Shown here: positions 31,013-40,953 of the stretch, in pieces
Position numbering within the stretch: position 1 is the stretch's first letter
Layout: each line of letters begins with the position of its first letter
Source: a bacterium
GTDB taxonomy: Bacteria; Patescibacteriota; CPR2; UBA1875; JAJYID01
Assembly (NCBI GenBank): GCA_021787535.1
Contig: JAJYLR010000001.1
Coordinates: 147,648 to 211,647, forward strand
Length of the DNA: 64,000 nt
Direction of reading: 5' to 3'
Translations under genes and position numbers: made by a program
The notes under the pieces: generated by a model
Told to the model about the DNA's origin: nothing
Seen by the model: only the letters and a program-made list of their open reading frames with translations
The model's database searches: none

Positions 31013-34000
31013 ATGCAACTGCCAATCGAGGATTATAAGGAAGAAATACAGAGAGCGGTGACAGATAACGATGTGGTTATCATCACCGCCGAGACCGGAG
31101 CCGGGAAAACGACTCAGGTCCCACAGTATTTGTACGAATCAGGGTTCGAAGTGGTAGTCACACAGCCTCGTCGAGTGGCGGCCAGGACCGCAGCGATGCG
31201 GGTGGCTGAGGAGATGGAGACATCTCTCGGCGGACTAGTCGGTTTCAGGACGGCTGAGGAGAAGTATTCCTCGGCAGAGACCAAAGTGCTTTTCTGTACC
31301 GATGGTCTCCAGCTGGTTCGAGAACTGACCGGAAATGGCGCCAAGGACGATGTGATACTGATCATCGATGAAGTGCACGAGTGGAATCGGAATATCGAAA
31401 CACTCATCGCCTGGGCGAAACACCAGCTTGGTATCGGTGTCGCTCTCAAGGTGGTCATTATGAGCGCCACGCTCGAGGCCGAGAAGCTCTCGGCCTACTA
31501 CAACGATGCGCCGGTTATCTCGGTGCCGGGAAGACTGTTCCCGGTTGAAGCAAAAGGGACAGACGATGACCCGGCGATGATTGCTGCAGACTTGGCACGG
31601 GCCGGACGTAATGTCCTGGTCTTTTCTGAAGGCAAGGCTGAGATAGCCGGGCTAGTTGACGTCCTGAAGGCAATGGAGCTGTATGCAGAAATTCTACCGC
31701 TTCATGGCGCCTTAACGCCTGCTGAACAGAAGAAAGCATTCTTGCACTACGGCCGTTCCAAAATCGTCGTTGCCACGAATGTGGCTCAGACGTCGATTAC
31801 CATCGATGACATCGATGCGGTTGTGGACAATGGCATCGAGAAGAAAATAGAAGTCCGCGACGGTATCGAGGGTCTTTTCATTGCTGACACTTCGCAGGCA
31901 GACTGCGAGCAGCGGAAAGGCCGCGCCGGCAGAACGAAGGAAGGGATTTACGTCCTTTGTTCCAGGGTGAAGCTCGAGGATCGGGAGAAGTTTCCGGTTC
32001 CTGAGATTCTGCGCAGCCGGCTTGATCAGCTCGTTTTGCGCCTGGCCGTTATCGGCCTGGACGCGACTGAGCTCGAGTTCTTCCATCAGCCTGACCATGA
32101 CGAAATAGCCCGGGCGAAACAGACACTGATTAAACTCGGCGCTATGACAGAAGACATGCAGGTGACAGGTGTCGGCAGGGCCATGAGCCATTTGCCGGTG
32201 GATGTCCGTTTTGCCCGGATGCTGGTTGAGGCGGAAAGACGGGGAGCCATTGATGATGTTATAGTCATTGTCTCCTGTCTGGAGGCCGGAAGCCTGCGCG
32301 GTCGGGGCAAGAAAGACGAAGAAGGCCGCGAAATGATTCCCGGTTGGCGCAGTTTGACCAGGGAGCATGAATCTGATCTTCTGACCGAGCTCGATCTCTA
32401 TAATGCCGCCCGCGAGATGACAAAGAAGGAAATGTGGGAACACGATATTCCTTCCAAGACCTTCGCCAAAGCAAAAGAGATCAGGGACCGGCTTGCCGGG
32501 ATGTTCACTTCACCCGAGAGACCGGCTTCAAGCAGGCGCGAGGAAATCATGAAGGCGATCACAGCCGGCATGGTGGAGCATGTCTACATGCAGACCTATG
32601 ACAACTATGTCGGGTCTGAAGGAGATGTGCGGCAGCGCGACAGAAAGTCGGTGGTCTTCGGAGAATCGCTGATCGCCGGGGTTCCCTTCAATCTTGAGAT
32701 CAAGACAAGGGAAGGTAATCCCCTCACTCTCCAGCTAATCACTTCTGTCACAAAGGTAGAGATGGCCTGGCTTCAGGAAGTGGCGCCCCAGCTCCTCGAG
32801 GAAAAGCCGAGAGGTTACGAGTATGTTCCCCATCTGGGGGATGTTGCTCTTGTGACCGATAGGCTCTTCAACGGACTGGGGCTCGACTCAAGTTATGAAC
32901 CCGCGAAGGAGTGTCCCGAGGCAACTCGGGCGCTGGCAGAAGCACTGGTCAAGGGCAGGCTGCCTTATCCTGATCGTGTTCATAACGAGACGGTTGTCCG
33001 GGAGGTCAACAAGATAGCCACCAGGCACAATGAGCTGGAAACACTGACAGAGGGGAGACTGATCGAGATCTTCATCGAGAGGCTGGGCAAGACCTACCAG
33101 GTGAAAGACCTGGAAGCCCGTTCGCTTAGCTTCAGGAAGAAGGTAAACCTGAAACTCGATGTCGAAGGCTTCGTTCCGGTGGAGCTGATTCCCGACCTGA
33201 AGACTGAGGTCATCGAGTATGACGGCACCAGCTTCACCGTCAGCTATGAGGAATACTACTCGCGGATAAGCGCGACTGTAGTCATCTCTCAGGCTGACAT
33301 GGACAAGGTCCGGATTCTGCCGCTTCTGCCGAAAGCCGATGAAGTGACGTCAGTTCAAATAGTCGGTGAAAACGGCGAGGTTGTGGCGCGGGGCTATAAC
33401 CTTCGTGATGCGCAAGATAGCCTTGAGAATTATGAAGCGCGCCTCAGGCGGGAATCTGAGGAAAGGAAGCTCCAGGAAGAAGTTAATCAGTTGAGGAAAA
33501 AAGCTGGGGAACTTGCAGACAGAGGCCTCCCAACGGACTACCTCAACCAACTCATCTCAAAGGCAAGGATGCCTCAGGGCTATCGGTATTTTGGGGCAAC
33601 TAATGCGGCTGTCCATGATGCTATCCGAACTGCCGAAAACGAGATCGTCAGGCTGGAGTCAGCCTCGCCGCAGGAAATCCTTCTGGAAGAACTGATGGCC
33701 GGGAAGATTCATCATCCCGACCTTACGTTCAACCGGGGAATCCTGGCGGAGCTGGACAGCCATGCCATTCGCTCGGCAGGCTTCATTGAGAGCCTGTCCG
33801 AAGATCAGTTGCGTGAGCACTACGCTAAGCGGCTGGAAGAAAATGGCATTACCATGCTTGATCAGCTCCTGGAAGCCGATCTCAAGCTTAGGCTCGAGGA
33901 TTACGCTCCGGCTGACATCCTCGCAGAGCTCGAGATGGCTCCTTGTGAGCTCGAGCTGACCGGCCGCAAGGGTACATCTGCCTACCCCATATCCTATCGG

Positions 34001-34306
34001 TATGATGATTTGGACGGCATGCGTACCCCGATCGGTATGGTTAGGATCCCGGTGGCGACTTATGAGAAGAACTGTGAGAGTGTTGGCCGAAGGTCGGGGT
34101 TCTCACAGCTGCCTCATGGCATCACTCTCATCATTGAGGTGACCGAGAAGAACAAGGTCATCGCCAGCGGTGAGGACAGTGAGCAGCTTCAAGCTCAGAT
34201 CAAGCGGTACAAGAAGGGCAAGAAGCGCTCGCCCAACCAGCACGGTGTACTGTCGCATGAGGGTACTGCGCCGCCGCCTTGGCATGTTGGGAACGTAAGG
34301 TATTAA
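31013..34306 (+). CDS. DEAH-box ATP-dependent helicase (HrpA/HrpB-like) with long C-terminal extension
   Basis: motif I AETGAGKTTQ, DEVHEW (motif II), SAT, QRKGRAGR; GC content visibly higher than neighbours. Confidence 0.75.
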   Translation: MQLPIEDYKEEIQRAVTDNDVVIITAETGAGKTTQVPQYLYESGFEVVVTQPRRVAARTAAMRVAEEMETSLGGLVGFRTAEEKYSSAETKVLFCTDGLQLVRELTGNGAKDDVILIIDEVHEWNRNIETLIAWAKHQLGIGVALKVVIMSATLEAEKLSAYYNDAPVISVPGRLFPVEAKGTDDDPAMIAADLARAGRNVLVFSEGKAEIAGLVDVLKAMELYAEILPLHGALTPAEQKKAFLHYGRSKIVVATNVAQTSITIDDIDAVVDNGIEKKIEVRDGIEGLFIADTSQADCEQRKGRAGRTKEGIYVLCSRVKLEDREKFPVPEILRSRLDQLVLRLAVIGLDATELEFFHQPDHDEIARAKQTLIKLGAMTEDMQVTGVGRAMSHLPVDVRFARMLVEAERRGAIDDVIVIVSCLEAGSLRGRGKKDEEGREMIPGWRSLTREHESDLLTELDLYNAAREMTKKEMWEHDIPSKTFAKAKEIRDRLAGMFTSPERPASSRREEIMKAITAGMVEHVYMQTYDNYVGSEGDVRQRDRKSVVFGESLIAGVPFNLEIKTREGNPLTLQLITSVTKVEMAWLQEVAPQLLEEKPRGYEYVPHLGDVALVTDRLFNGLGLDSSYEPAKECPEATRALAEALVKGRLPYPDRVHNETVVREVNKIATRHNELETLTEGRLIEIFIERLGKTYQVKDLEARSLSFRKKVNLKLDVEGFVPVELIPDLKTEVIEYDGTSFTVSYEEYYSRISATVVISQADMDKVRILPLLPKADEVTSVQIVGENGEVVARGYNLRDAQDSLENYEARLRRESEERKLQEEVNQLRKKAGELADRGLPTDYLNQLISKARMPQGYRYFGATNAAVHDAIRTAENEIVRLESASPQEILLEELMAGKIHHPDLTFNRGILAELDSHAIRSAGFIESLSEDQLREHYAKRLEENGITMLDQLLEADLKLRLEDYAPADILAELEMAPCELELTGRKGTSAYPISYRYDDLDGMRTPIGMVRIPVATYEKNCESVGRRSGFSQLPHGITLIIEVTEKNKVIASGEDSEQLQAQIKRYKKGKKRSPNQHGVLSHEGTAPPPWHVGNVRY

Positions 34307-34451
34307 GTAGACCCCGACAGGGGACAAAAGGGGCCGATGAAAATCGGTCCCTTTCTTATGGATTTTTAATATAATTCAGTTGACTTTTAGGCATACATTT
34401 ACTATAATTGCTTCAAATCAATTAATCAGTTAAATTACAGAAGGAGCAGGA

Positions 34452-34913
34452 TTGGTAGTAATCAGACTCACCCGTGTCGGTAAGAAAAAGCAGGCACACT
34501 ATAGAATTGTTGTAGCAGATTCTCAGAGGGCGGTTCAAGGGAAATTTATTTCTATTTTGGGCTGGTATAATCCGCATACAAAAGAACTCGAAGTGAAGAA
34601 AGATGAGCTAAAAAACTGGCTTGATAAGGGAGCCCAGCCTTCTAATACTTTGGCGAAACTTCTTAAAAAAGAAGGAGTTAAGTTGCCGAAGTGGGTTAAA
34701 ATTATAGAGAAGAAAAAAGCGTCAAAGAAAAAAGAGGATCCAAAAGAAGCGGTGCCGAAAGCTGAGGCCAAAGAAGAAACAAAGCCGGCAGAAGGTGAGG
34801 CAGCTGAAGCCGTCGAAGAAAAGAAGGAGGAAAAATCCGAAGAAGCTTCCACAGATGAAACCGAGGAAGAACCAGCCACAGAAGAGAAACCTGCCGAAGA
34901 AACAAGTGAATAA
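34452..34913 (+). CDS. rpsP: 30S ribosomal protein S16 with ~70-aa K/E/A-rich C-terminal tail
   Basis: MVVIRLTRVGKKKQAHYRIVVADSQ...GWYNP canonical S16; TTG start after AAGGAG. Confidence 0.85.
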   Translation: MVVIRLTRVGKKKQAHYRIVVADSQRAVQGKFISILGWYNPHTKELEVKKDELKNWLDKGAQPSNTLAKLLKKEGVKLPKWVKIIEKKKASKKKEDPKEAVPKAEAKEETKPAEGEAAEAVEEKKEEKSEEASTDETEEEPATEEKPAEETSE

Positions 34914-34920
34914 CTTACAT

Positions 34921-34982
34921 TGTCACTGCGAACTTAATTCAGAATCCATAAAATAGATTCCGGATCGGAGTCCGGAATGACA
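34921..34982 (+). repeat. composite long-form repeat copy 3 (compensatory CGGAG/TCCGG stem)
   Basis: matches 766-830 with covariation. Confidence 0.85.
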
Positions 34983-35035
34983 AGGGAAATATTAACTAAA
35001 TAATAATTAAGCCCCAAAGGGGCAAAGGAGTAAAA

Positions 35036-35419
35036 ATGGCAGCAAAAGAAAGAGACCAGGAATTCGTTGAATACGTAGTAAAAGAGATCGTTACCAATCC
35101 GGATGCGGTAAAAGTAACGAGAAGCATTGATGAGAAAGGAGTTCTACTGGAACTTACCGTGGATCCTTCTGACATGGGTGTAATTATCGGTAAAGAAGGA
35201 AAAACTGCAAAATCTATCCGAACTTTGCTTCGCGTGCTCGGTTCGAAAAATGACTCAAGAGTTAACTTAAAGATCGTTGAGCCGGAAGGCGCCGCACCAA
35301 AAGCTGAGAAAAAGGAAGAAAAAGTTGAAGAGGAAGTAGAGGAAGTTCCGGCAGAAGAATCAGAAGAATCTGCCTCTGGGGATTCGGATGATGAACCGAT
35401 GGCGGATTTGGATTTGTAA
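35036..35419 (+). CDS. KH-domain RNA-binding protein (YlqC-like) with acidic tail
   Basis: VIIGKEGKTAKSIRTLL KH GXXG motif; conserved position after rpsP. Confidence 0.7.
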   Translation: MAAKERDQEFVEYVVKEIVTNPDAVKVTRSIDEKGVLLELTVDPSDMGVIIGKEGKTAKSIRTLLRVLGSKNDSRVNLKIVEPEGAAPKAEKKEEKVEEEVEEVPAEESEESASGDSDDEPMADLDL

Positions 35420-35470
35420 AATCCAAATCGGTATAGAGTATTCTGTATTGATTATTGGGTATAAGAAAAA

Positions 35471-35494
35471 GCCGCGGAAACGCGGCTTTTATTT
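35471..35494 (+). terminator. rho-independent terminator GCCGCGGAAACGCGGC + TTTTATTT
   Basis: read from sequence. Confidence 0.65.
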
Positions 35495-35502
35495 ATCTTT
35501 TC

Positions 35503-35528
35503 TGTCATTCCCGCGGAGGCGGGAATCC
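35503..35528 (-). repeat. hairpin repeat, reverse orientation (TGTCATTCCCGCGGAGGCGGGAATCC)
   Basis: family consensus; second copy forward at 35633-35655. Confidence 0.8.
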
Positions 35529-35700
35529 AGTCAATTAAAATTAATTCTACTTTTTCTAAAAAAGTAGATAATATTTTTAAAGAGATAGATTGCCCATCTA
35601 TGTGGGAATAGAAGAAAACTGATGACTTAATAGATTCTGGTCAAGCCAGAATGACCCGTCACTATTACACAGTGCGGGGCAAGCATGTTAAAATAAGGAT

Positions 35701-36393
35701 ATGAAACCAAGAATTACATTCAACATTATTACACTTTTTCCGGAAACGGTTGAAAGCATGACGGATTATAGCATTCTGGGGCGGGCGATAGAGTCTGGAA
35801 TTATTGACATCCAGACTTATAATATCCGTGACTACGGACAAGGCAAAAGAAAGCAGGTTGACGATACGCCTTTTGGCGGTGGTGCGGGTATGGTTCTAAA
35901 GGCGGATGTCATGGATAAGGCGATTCAAAAAGTGAAAGAGGAAAACCCCGGTACAAAAGTGATTTTGCTGACCCCAAAGGGCGAGAAATACAGCCAGAAA
36001 AAAGCCGGAGAACTCTCAAAAAAGAAAAATATCACTCTGATTTCTGGCCACTATGAAGGATTTGACGAGCGTATTCGTAGTTTTGTCGACGAAGAAGTAT
36101 CAATTGGTGATTACATCTTAACAGGCGGAGAACTGGCGGCGGTTGCGGTGGTGGATAGCGTCTCCAGACTCATTCCCGGCGTATTAGGCAAAGAAGAGTC
36201 ACTCGCAAAAGAATCATTTGAAGAAAACCTGCTTGAATATCCGCAATATACCCAGCCGCGGGAATATGGAGGCATGGAAGTGCCGGAGATTTTACTCTCA
36301 GGCAATCATGCGGCAATTGAAAGATGGAGGAGAGAGCAAGCGGAAAAGATTACGCGCAAGAGAAGAAAAGACCTTTTTGAAAATAACCAATAA
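35701..36393 (+). CDS. trmD: tRNA (guanine37-N1)-methyltransferase TrmD
   Basis: ITLFPE..., GHYEGFDERI, GDYILTGGELAA SPOUT-class TrmD motifs. Confidence 0.9.
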   Translation: MKPRITFNIITLFPETVESMTDYSILGRAIESGIIDIQTYNIRDYGQGKRKQVDDTPFGGGAGMVLKADVMDKAIQKVKEENPGTKVILLTPKGEKYSQKKAGELSKKKNITLISGHYEGFDERIRSFVDEEVSIGDYILTGGELAAVAVVDSVSRLIPGVLGKEESLAKESFEENLLEYPQYTQPREYGGMEVPEILLSGNHAAIERWRREQAEKITRKRRKDLFENNQ

Positions 36394-36440
36394 CCAATCA
36401 ATGAGATTAAGAAATATTGAAAATTATACATTTAAATTTG

Positions 36441-36564
36441 ATTGGAAATTGGTAATTGCTGATTGGAAATTCTAAAACCTCTTTACACCACCGGCAAGAA
36501 TATTTAATATTTAATGTATAGATTACCGTTTTTACGGGAATGATAGAGAAAACGGGAATGACAA
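36441..36564 (+). repeat. tandem GATTGGAAATTGG array plus degenerate hairpin repeats ending GGGAATGACA
   Basis: family consensus. Confidence 0.6.
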
Positions 36565-36585
36565 TAAAGAAGGGAGTATTTTTAA

Positions 36586-36768
36586 ATGACGAAAATTAAG
36601 ATTGACGAGAACCTCTGTAGCGGCTGCGGAACATGCGAAGCGGCTTGTCCGGAATGCTTTAAAGTAGGGGAAAACTTCAAAGCTCATGTTATAAAACAGG
36701 ATTGCCAGGGCTGTGATCTGGATGAGGTAGTCGCTGACTGTCCTATGGGAGCTATAAGCCGTGAATGA
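36586..36768 (+). CDS. small 4Fe-4S ferredoxin
   Basis: 60 aa, CSGCGTCEAACP...C...CP pattern; RBS AGGGAG. Confidence 0.7.
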   Translation: MTKIKIDENLCSGCGTCEAACPECFKVGENFKAHVIKQDCQGCDLDEVVADCPMGAISRE

Positions 36769-37603
36769 AATGGATCCTATAGATTCTATGAATGCGGGTT
36801 CTGCCTCGCCCATTGATCCGAACCCTAACTCTGCGGGGCCTGTTGGTCAGACAGGTTCAGGTAATGCCAATCCACTGGGTCCTAATGGTCCGGTGGGGCC
36901 GGGTAATCCTATGGATTACAACAGCTCATCACCCGGAGGAGGCGGACTTAATATGACCAGGATTTACCAGATTGCCCTGGGTATCTTGATATTGATTATT
37001 CTGATACTCATCATTTTTGTTTTTCTTTACAAAGGAAAAGCCAATAAAACACAAAAATATATAGACAATGTTACAGCTCAAGCAGTTGATAACAAATCGA
37101 AAGAAGATAAGTCTTCCTGTGATAAACAAATTAAAGATATGAAAGAAAATCCATGGGCAGAATATAAAGCGCTTGATGAGTATGGGGCCTTCAAATTTCA
37201 AGTCCCCAAAGACTGGTCTCAATACGAACATTATGATATGAGTGGTAGTTATCCTTACCGGCTTTACTTTAACCCCGCTCCGGTGCATTATGACGCAAGC
37301 AATAGCGTGCATGATGATCATGCGGCTTTGGAAGTTATCATTAGCAAACAGCAATATAACGACGAAGTTAAACAGTTGGAAAGCCAGCTTGCTTATGCTG
37401 CAGATAAGCACACAGAAGATGATATAAGTATCTCAAATTTCAAAGGAAAGAATTTTTTCTATAAAGATAAAGACCTCGGTAAAAACGTCGGTGTTATTAT
37501 CCTGCCTTACCGTGACCGTGCACTCTTTATTAAGACAGATGACTATGATCAGTGGCACGACTACTTTAGCCAATTCTACCAATCTTTCAAACTGACGCCG
37601 TAG
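36761..37603 (+). CDS. hypothetical membrane protein with Pro/Gly-rich N-terminus
   Basis: PNPNSAGPVGQTGSGNANPLGPNGPVGPGNP low complexity, one TM helix; overlaps ferredoxin stop. Confidence 0.4.
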   Translation: MNEMDPIDSMNAGSASPIDPNPNSAGPVGQTGSGNANPLGPNGPVGPGNPMDYNSSSPGGGGLNMTRIYQIALGILILIILILIIFVFLYKGKANKTQKYIDNVTAQAVDNKSKEDKSSCDKQIKDMKENPWAEYKALDEYGAFKFQVPKDWSQYEHYDMSGSYPYRLYFNPAPVHYDASNSVHDDHAALEVIISKQQYNDEVKQLESQLAYAADKHTEDDISISNFKGKNFFYKDKDLGKNVGVIILPYRDRALFIKTDDYDQWHDYFSQFYQSFKLTP

Positions 37604-37750
37604 CCATTTTCATTATAATAATGGAATTCTCAATTTCTCATTTTTCAGTGACCAATGAAAATTCATTGGAAATTGAGAAATGAAAACTGAAAATTATTTT
37701 TTTGCCTTTATGCTGGCAAAAGATCCCTTTTTCAGTTATAATGCCAACCT

Positions 37751-39925
37751 ATGGACAAATTTGTTTTGAAAAGCGGTTATAAAATGACTGGAGATCAACC
37801 GGAGGCGGCGGCCAGTTTAATCCGCGGTCTTGAAAATGGTCTGGACAAGCAAATTCTGCTGGGTGTGACGGGGTCCGGCAAGACTTTCACGGCGGCCAAT
37901 GTGATCCAGAAAATCAACAAACCGACTCTGGTCATTTCACATAACAAAACTCTGGCGGCGCAGCTGTATAGCGAATTCAAAGAATTTTTCCCCGATAATG
38001 CCGTGCGCTACTTTGTTTCTTACTACGACTACTACCAGCCGGAAGCTTACATCCCTCGTACCGATACCTATATTGAAAAAGACGCATCTATTAACGAAGA
38101 AATAGACCGGCTCAGAAATGCGGCAACGGCAGCTCTACTCTCAAGAAAGGATACCCTTATTGTCGCCAGCGTTTCCTGTATCTACGGTCTTGGTTCGCCT
38201 GAAGATTATATTAACATGAAAATAGATTTTGAAGCCGGCAAGGCGAAAAATCAGGAGAAAGCTATGCGCCAGCTTCTGGCAGTGCAGTACGAGCGAAATG
38301 ATCAGTCATTTGAAAGGGGAAAGTTCCGTGTGCGCGGCGATGTTCTGGACATTTATCCGATCTATGAGGAGAAAGCGGTACGCGTGACTTTCGATAATGA
38401 TATTGTGGAGTCAATTCGAGATCTCAATCCCGTGACAGGCGAGCTGGGCAAGAGAGTGGATAATGTTTCGATATTCCCGGCCAAGCACTTCGTCACGCCC
38501 AGGGAGAAACTGCTCTCAGCTATTCCGGAGATTGAGCGCGACCTGGCCAGCAGATTAGCCGAACTGAAGAAGCAGGGCAAACTGCTTGAAGCGCAGCGGC
38601 TGGAGCAGAGAACCAAGTTCGACCTGGAAATGATCCGAGAGACCGGCTACTGCTCGGGGATCGAGAACTATTCTCGTTATCTGGCAGGCCGTGCACCGGG
38701 CGAACCGCCGGCAACGCTTCTCGACTTCTTTCCTGATGATTTTCTAATGCTGATCGACGAGTCCCACATGACCATTCCGCAGATCAGAGGCATGTACAAC
38801 GGCGACCGATCGCGCAAAGAAACGCTTATCGAGCACGGATTTCGCCTGCCCTCAGCCCTCGATAATCGTCCGCTGCACTTCAGTGAATTTAAAAAATTCA
38901 TGAGCCCGGCCATCTTTATCTCAGCCACGCCGGGGGACTACGAATTCAAAACGGCCAGCGGACACAAGATTAACTCGGCCGATGAATATTACGAGGCGGC
39001 AAGAAGCAATGATCAATTTCCAATTTCCAATTTCCAATCAATTTCCAATGATCAAAATTCAAACAAAAACAGTCATTCTGGGGACGACAGGACTCCAGAA
39101 TCGGTTTTGGACAAGGATTCTGGACAAGCCAGAATGACAGGAAAAGGGTTCTCCTGGATTTCTGAACAGGTTATCCGCCCGACGGGGCTTCTCGATCCCG
39201 AGGTGGAAGTGCGCCCGAACAAGAACCAGATTGACGACCTCATTCACGCAATCCAGCTTAGGGTCAAGAAGGAGCAAAGGGTTTTGGTGACGACTTTAAC
39301 GAAAAGAATGGCCGAGGACCTAAGCGAATACTTGAAAGAGCTAAACATCAAGGTGACCTATATTCATTCGGAAATTAATACCTTGGAACGTCCGGAAATC
39401 CTGCGTGATCTTAGAAAAGGCGTCTATGACGTAGTTGTCGGCGTCAATCTTTTGCGGGAAGGTCTGGATCTGCCGGAAGTATCGCTGGTAGCAATCTTGG
39501 ACGCCGACAAGGAAGGATTTCTGCGCGGAGAGAACGCCCTCATTCAGACCATCGGGCGAGCGGCGCGGCACTCAGAAGGCAAGGTAATAATGTATGGCGA
39601 TACCATGACTTTATCTATGGAGCGAGCGATCAGCGAGACTCAACGAAGGCGCAGGATTCAAGAGGAATATAATAAAAAGCATGGCATTACGCCAAAGACT
39701 ATTAAAAAAGCTATTCGCGAAGACATCGTCCGGTCGGAAAAAAGAAAGAAAGAACCCAAATTCGAGATTACTGATATGCCGGCCGATGAACTTGAGCGCA
39801 TAGTTCAAGACATGCGTAAGAAAATGGAAATCGCCTCAAAGAACTTAGAATTTGAGCAGGCAGCCAAACTCCGCGACCAGATACAAGACATTAGAGCGAA
39901 GATAGAGTCAAAGAAAATAAAATAG
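37751..39925 (+). CDS. uvrB: excinuclease ABC subunit B
   Basis: [10 protein letters not shown] Walker A, DESH, helicase motifs, C-terminal UVR domain ([10 protein letters not shown]); ~50-aa in-frame repeat-derived insertion at 39000-39140. Confidence 0.9.
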   Translation: MDKFVLKSGYKMTGDQPEAAASLIRGLENGLDKQILLGVTGSGKTFTAANVIQKINKPTLVISHNKTLAAQLYSEFKEFFPDNAVRYFVSYYDYYQPEAYIPRTDTYIEKDASINEEIDRLRNAATAALLSRKDTLIVASVSCIYGLGSPEDYINMKIDFEAGKAKNQEKAMRQLLAVQYERNDQSFERGKFRVRGDVLDIYPIYEEKAVRVTFDNDIVESIRDLNPVTGELGKRVDNVSIFPAKHFVTPREKLLSAIPEIERDLASRLAELKKQGKLLEAQRLEQRTKFDLEMIRETGYCSGIENYSRYLAGRAPGEPPATLLDFFPDDFLMLIDESHMTIPQIRGMYNGDRSRKETLIEHGFRLPSALDNRPLHFSEFKKFMSPAIFISATPGDYEFKTASGHKINSADEYYEAARSNDQFPISNFQSISNDQNSNKNSHSGDDRTPESVLDKDSGQARMTGKGFSWISEQVIRPTGLLDPEVEVRPNKNQIDDLIHAIQLRVKKEQRVLVTTLTKRMAEDLSEYLKELNIKVTYIHSEINTLERPEILRDLRKGVYDVVVGVNLLREGLDLPEVSLVAILDADKEGFLRGENALIQTIGRAARHSEGKVIMYGDTMTLSMERAISETQRRRRIQEEYNKKHGITPKTIKKAIREDIVRSEKRKKEPKFEITDMPADELERIVQDMRKKMEIASKNLEFEQAAKLRDQIQDIRAKIESKKIK
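39001..39139 (+). repeat. composite element inside uvrB: (CAATTTC)n tandem array, hairpin GTCATTCTGG..CCAGAAT, hairpin GATTCTGGACAAGCCAGAATGACA; all in frame
   Basis: encodes ...[13 protein letters not shown]...[10 protein letters not shown]. Confidence 0.8.
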
Positions 39926-39929
39926 GAAA

Positions 39930-39958
39930 AAGCCCCGCGCGTTGCGAGGGGCTTTTTT
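39930..39958. terminator. bidirectional terminator AAAAAGCCCCGCGCGTTGCGAGGGGCTTTTTT between uvrB and convergent gene
   Basis: read from sequence. Confidence 0.75.
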
Positions 39959-39967
39959 AAGAGGGGA

Positions 39968-40768
39968 TTAGGACAGGTGCTCGCATTTCTTGTAAGCGCC
40001 TTTTGTGTAGCCGATAGCTTCCGAAAGAACGAGATGATCGTCCGGTCCCATACGAAGGGCTCCTTCGGCGTCAACACTCGCGTCAGGACAAATCTCGAGA
40101 ATTGGATCCAGGAGATCAAGATTACCCTTGTGTAGACCGCCTGCCACTGTGATGCCGATGTCCAGAGCTGCTGCCTTTATAGCTTTCATGTTCTTGACCA
40201 TCAGGCCAGGGAAGAGCTCTATGCCGAGTCCGCCGGAGATGTCGAGGATCAGATAATCAACCTCGCCATTCAGATAGGCTGCTCGGAAGCGTTTCACCAG
40301 TTCCAGAGCGGTCTCAGTGGAGTCCTTGAGTGTCCAGCGTCCTGCCTGAAGTACGATCTGCATCTCAGGGAACTTCTCCTTGAACTTCGCAATTTCGCCG
40401 GCTTCCGGCCAGGCCATATTCAACTGAAATCCATGGAGATTAGGTCCGGCTATGTCACTAGCGATCATCATCAGCGCTTCCCCGAGACCTTCGGAACTCT
40501 TCAGTCCATCACCGTAGTGAATCAGATTGAATGCCCGAGGATCATCGGTGAATATACCGCTTATATCGTTGCCCATAGGATAGCGGCCGGTCCATTTGTT
40601 GCCGTTGCCGTAGATCGTCTTGGGGCTTGCCAGCACCCCCACCATGAACTTCCTGGATGCATTTGAAGGGATAGCACCCATCACAGTTTCTACCTCTTCC
40701 CGGGTCATAAATCCGGTAATGCCGATGTATGGTTCGTGTCTCATTACTCCTACCAAGATGTCAACCAC
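39968..40768 (-). CDS. TIM-barrel protein, weakly TrpF (phosphoribosylanthranilate isomerase)-like
   Basis: IGITGFMT..., YLILDISGGLG..., ITVAGGLHKGNL resemble PRAI motifs; minus strand, higher GC. Confidence 0.3.
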   Translation of the reverse strand: MVDILVGVMRHEPYIGITGFMTREEVETVMGAIPSNASRKFMVGVLASPKTIYGNGNKWTGRYPMGNDISGIFTDDPRAFNLIHYGDGLKSSEGLGEALMMIASDIAGPNLHGFQLNMAWPEAGEIAKFKEKFPEMQIVLQAGRWTLKDSTETALELVKRFRAAYLNGEVDYLILDISGGLGIELFPGLMVKNMKAIKAAALDIGITVAGGLHKGNLDLLDPILEICPDASVDAEGALRMGPDDHLVLSEAIGYTKGAYKKCEHLS

Positions 40769-40783
40769 TTGATATTATGCCTA

Positions 40784-40807
40784 TCTGTAGGCATAATTTT
40801 TTGTTCG
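40784..40807. promoter_or_regulatory. 10-4-10 perfect palindrome ATTATGCCTA-TCTG-TAGGCATAAT in divergent promoter region
   Basis: read from sequence. Confidence 0.35.
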
Positions 40808-40888
40808 AATAAATTGATTGAACTGACAGGACTCGAACTTTTAAGCACAAAATTGTTCCCCTCTCGGGTTTATTATTTCTCTGGAAAG

Positions 40889-40916
40889 TTGACATGTAGA
40901 TAAAGTGTAGTATATT
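40889..40916 (+). promoter_or_regulatory. promoter TTGACA-16-TATATT
   Basis: read from sequence. Confidence 0.45.
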
Positions 40917-40953
40917 GATTATAAGAAATATGTATTAAACGGAGACAATAATT

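Noticed and set aside
31712-32443. 243-aa minus-strand ORF (and similar antisense ORFs 24584-25123, 45990-46538, 10969-11487, 11189-11605)
   Set aside because: Lie entirely antisense to well-supported GC-rich genes (helicase, leuS, uvrA, alaS); long stop-free antisense frames are expected in GC-rich coding sequence.
36218-36475. 85-aa ORF overlapping trmD 3' end
   Set aside because: Out-of-frame overlap with conserved TrmD C-terminus and runs into tandem-repeat spacer; no RBS.
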